A stretch of 64,000 bases of DNA, taken from NCBI GenBank assembly GCA_011773465.1, contig WVXO01000022.1, positions 3,366 through 67,365 of the forward strand. Reading direction: 5' to 3'. The stretch's first letter is position 1. Every line of letters starts with the position of its first letter. The notes under the pieces were generated by a model that was given only the letters and a program-made list of their open reading frames with translations, did not search any database and had not been told where the DNA came from. The position numbers were made by a program, and so were the translations under genes. This document shows positions 62,092-64,000 of this stretch, in pieces. Source of the DNA: Candidatus Aminicenantes bacterium (GTDB lineage: Bacteria > Acidobacteriota > Aminicenantia > Aminicenantales > Aminicenantaceae).

Positions 62092-64000
62092 ATGAATAAC
62101 GTCAGATCATTTGTTATCCTGGGAATTATTCTCTCTTTTATTTGTTTTTCTTTGAACCTATACGGACAGAGCGCTGATAAAATCGGCAAATTGTATGAGA
62201 ATATCAAATGGAGATGCATCGGACCAGCAGTTATGGGAGGCCGTACAGTGGATATCGATGTCGTAGAAAAAGAGCCGTGGATTATCTACGCAGCCATAGG
62301 TCCGAGTGGTGTCTGGAAATCAGTGAATAACGGCACTACATGGGAGCCTGTTTTTTATAAAGAAAACACAGTCTCTGTCGGGGATATAGCTATCGCTCAA
62401 TCTCATCCGGACATTATCTGGGCAGGCACAGGAGAGGCAACGTGCAGGAACAGTGTCACCATAGGCGATGGCGTGTATAAATCCAGCGATGGAGGAAAAA
62501 AGTGGGAGCATATGGGCCTAAAGAATACCCGCCATATCAGCCGAATAATCATTAATCCCGGAGACCCGAATATCGTCTACGTGGCAGCAATGGGCCATCT
62601 CTGGGGCCCGAATAAGTGGCGGGGCGTCTATAAGACTATAGACGGTGGAAAAACATGGAAGAAAATCTTGTATATAAACGAGGATACTGGTGTTGCAGAT
62701 TTAGCCATCGATCCTTCAGACAGCCTGATTCTATATGCAGCAGCCTACGAACACCGCCGGCTTCCCTATTATTTTTCAAGCGGAGGTCCAGGGAGCGGGC
62801 TTTATAAGACAACGGATGGTGGAGAAACCTGGACGAAGCTTACAGAGGATTTACCAGAAGGAATAATGGGAAGAATAGGAATCGATGTTTCCCGGAGTAA
62901 TCCTAATGTCGTTTATGCCCTTATTGAACACGAGGATGGCGGAATTTGGCGTTCAGAGGATAAGGGAAAAAGCTGGAAAAGAACCTGCGACAACGAAACC
63001 TTTGAACGGGTAAATTCCAGACCTTTTTACTACAGCCAGATTCGCATTGATCCCAGCGATGATAAGGTCATCTATGTTTTTTCAGTGCAATCTTTTGTCT
63101 CAAAGGACATGGGCAAGAAATTTAAACCAATTTCTAGAGGAATTCATCCTGACCATCATGCTCTCTGGATAGATCCATCCAACTCCCTTCACCTGATCGA
63201 TGGAAATGACGGCGGTATAGATATAACTTATGATGGCGGTAAAAACTGGCACCCTATCCAGCACATGGCGCTGGCAGAGGTTTATCAGATTGGATTTGAT
63301 ATGAGAAAACCCTATTATGTCTACTGCGGCTTGCAGGATAACGGCAGTTGGGGAGGACCGAGTGCCAACATAGACACTGCGGGGATTACAAACGCTGATT
63401 GGTATACGATCGGTGGGGGAGATGGATTCTACGCCCAAGTAGATCCCACTGATCCAAATATTATTTACAGAAACTATCAAATGAATGGATTATCCCGCTT
63501 TGATATGAGGATTAATAGAGGCAAAACTGTCAGACCTCAGGCTTCTATCAAAGAACCTCCATATCGTTTTAACTGGAATTCACCGATTTACATTTCCCCT
63601 CATGACCCGAAAACCGTTTATACAGGAGGGAATTATTTATTCAAGACGACCAATGGCGGGCATAGTTGGGAAATAATCAGTCCGGATCTTTCAACAAATG
63701 ACCCCAGGAAGCAAAAAGACTCGGGCGGTCCCATAACCAAAGATAATACCGGAGCTGAAATCCATTGCACGATAATCACTATCTCTGAATCACCTGTGGA
63801 GAAAGGAGTCATCTGGTGCGGAACCGATGATGGAAACGTCCAGATAACTCGTGAGGCCGGGAAAACATGGAAAAATGTGGTAAAGAAAATTAAAAGCCTT
63901 CCTCCGAACACTTGGTGCTCCCGTATTGAAGCTTCCCATTTTGAAGCAGGGACAGCCTATGCGGCTTTTGATGGCCATCGCCATGATGATTATGGAACAT
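62092..64000 (+). CDS. BNR/Asp-box repeat (sortilin/VPS10-like) beta-propeller protein, 5' partial (runs off right edge)
   Basis: The ATG at 62092 follows AAAGGAGGAAC, and a signal peptide is present. Repeated S.DGG.TW Asp-boxes occur (SSDGGKKWE, TIDGGKTWK, TTDGGETWT, SEDKGKSWK, TTNGGHSWE). The frame is open to position 64000. Confidence 0.8.
   Translation, partial: MNNVRSFVILGIILSFICFSLNLYGQSADKIGKLYENIKWRCIGPAVMGGRTVDIDVVEKEPWIIYAAIGPSGVWKSVNNGTTWEPVFYKENTVSVGDIAIAQSHPDIIWAGTGEATCRNSVTIGDGVYKSSDGGKKWEHMGLKNTRHISRIIINPGDPNIVYVAAMGHLWGPNKWRGVYKTIDGGKTWKKILYINEDTGVADLAIDPSDSLILYAAAYEHRRLPYYFSSGGPGSGLYKTTDGGETWTKLTEDLPEGIMGRIGIDVSRSNPNVVYALIEHEDGGIWRSEDKGKSWKRTCDNETFERVNSRPFYYSQIRIDPSDDKVIYVFSVQSFVSKDMGKKFKPISRGIHPDHHALWIDPSNSLHLIDGNDGGIDITYDGGKNWHPIQHMALAEVYQIGFDMRKPYYVYCGLQDNGSWGGPSANIDTAGITNADWYTIGGGDGFYAQVDPTDPNIIYRNYQMNGLSRFDMRINRGKTVRPQASIKEPPYRFNWNSPIYISPHDPKTVYTGGNYLFKTTNGGHSWEIISPDLSTNDPRKQKDSGGPITKDNTGAEIHCTIITISESPVEKGVIWCGTDDGNVQITREAGKTWKNVVKKIKSLPPNTWCSRIEASHFEAGTAYAAFDGHRHDDYGT

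Noticed and set aside
61986-62219. 77-aa minus-strand ORF
   Set aside because: It overlaps the promoter, RBS and signal-peptide region of the well-supported BNR gene on the plus strand. It has no RBS or motifs.
1-64000. Scan for tRNA, rRNA, tmRNA or RNase P-like sequences in intergenic gaps
   Set aside because: No cloverleaf-compatible or rRNA-like stretches were recognised. All gaps over 100 bp are explained by repeats, hairpins or promoters. A covariance-model scan would be needed to be certain.

Overview
This is a 64 kb chromosomal window from an AT-leaning, probably uncultivated, anaerobic diderm bacterium. BamD, Omp85-type barrels, RND efflux genes, multihaem cytochromes and many small Cys-rich proteins point to that lifestyle, but the phylum cannot be assigned from sequence alone. 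No rRNA, tRNA or CRISPR array was seen.

Layout:
- (i) The left edge holds a decayed IS91-family transposase whose two halves flank an oppositely oriented gene for a membrane-anchored beta/gamma-crystallin-repeat protein.
- (ii) Next come hppA, a MinD/ParA-like ATPase coupled to an HPD-less J-like/RodZ-type HTH protein, an Omp85-like barrel and a PilZ gene.
- (iii) A long minus-strand housekeeping run follows: miaB, recN, an S8 protease, bamD, an epimerase and a stand-alone PASTA protein.
- (iv) 19.0-28.0 kb is the most interesting locus. It joins a Tat-exported molybdopterin oxidoreductase/4Fe-4S/NrfD module and a heptahaem cytochrome to a beta-propeller, a hexahaem cytochrome and a DsrM-DsrK-like fusion.
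- (v) lpdA and nuoA-I come next. The nuo run ends in a translationally coupled MBL-fold gene instead of nuoJ-N.
- (vi) The remainder holds a stand-alone LigD phosphoesterase with a small zinc protein, an MFP with two tandem RND pumps, a GNAT fusion and an Fe-S PD-(D/E)XK nuclease behind twin palindromes. It ends with an M1 peptidase, DUF4097, tldD/pmbA, a DUF5916 protein and a partial BNR/sortilin-like gene.

Almost every intergenic gap over 100 bp carries one of several short repeat families: MITE-like elements with inverted termini, and hairpins that look like terminators.

All functional calls rest on motifs I recognise by eye and from memory. No database search was run.
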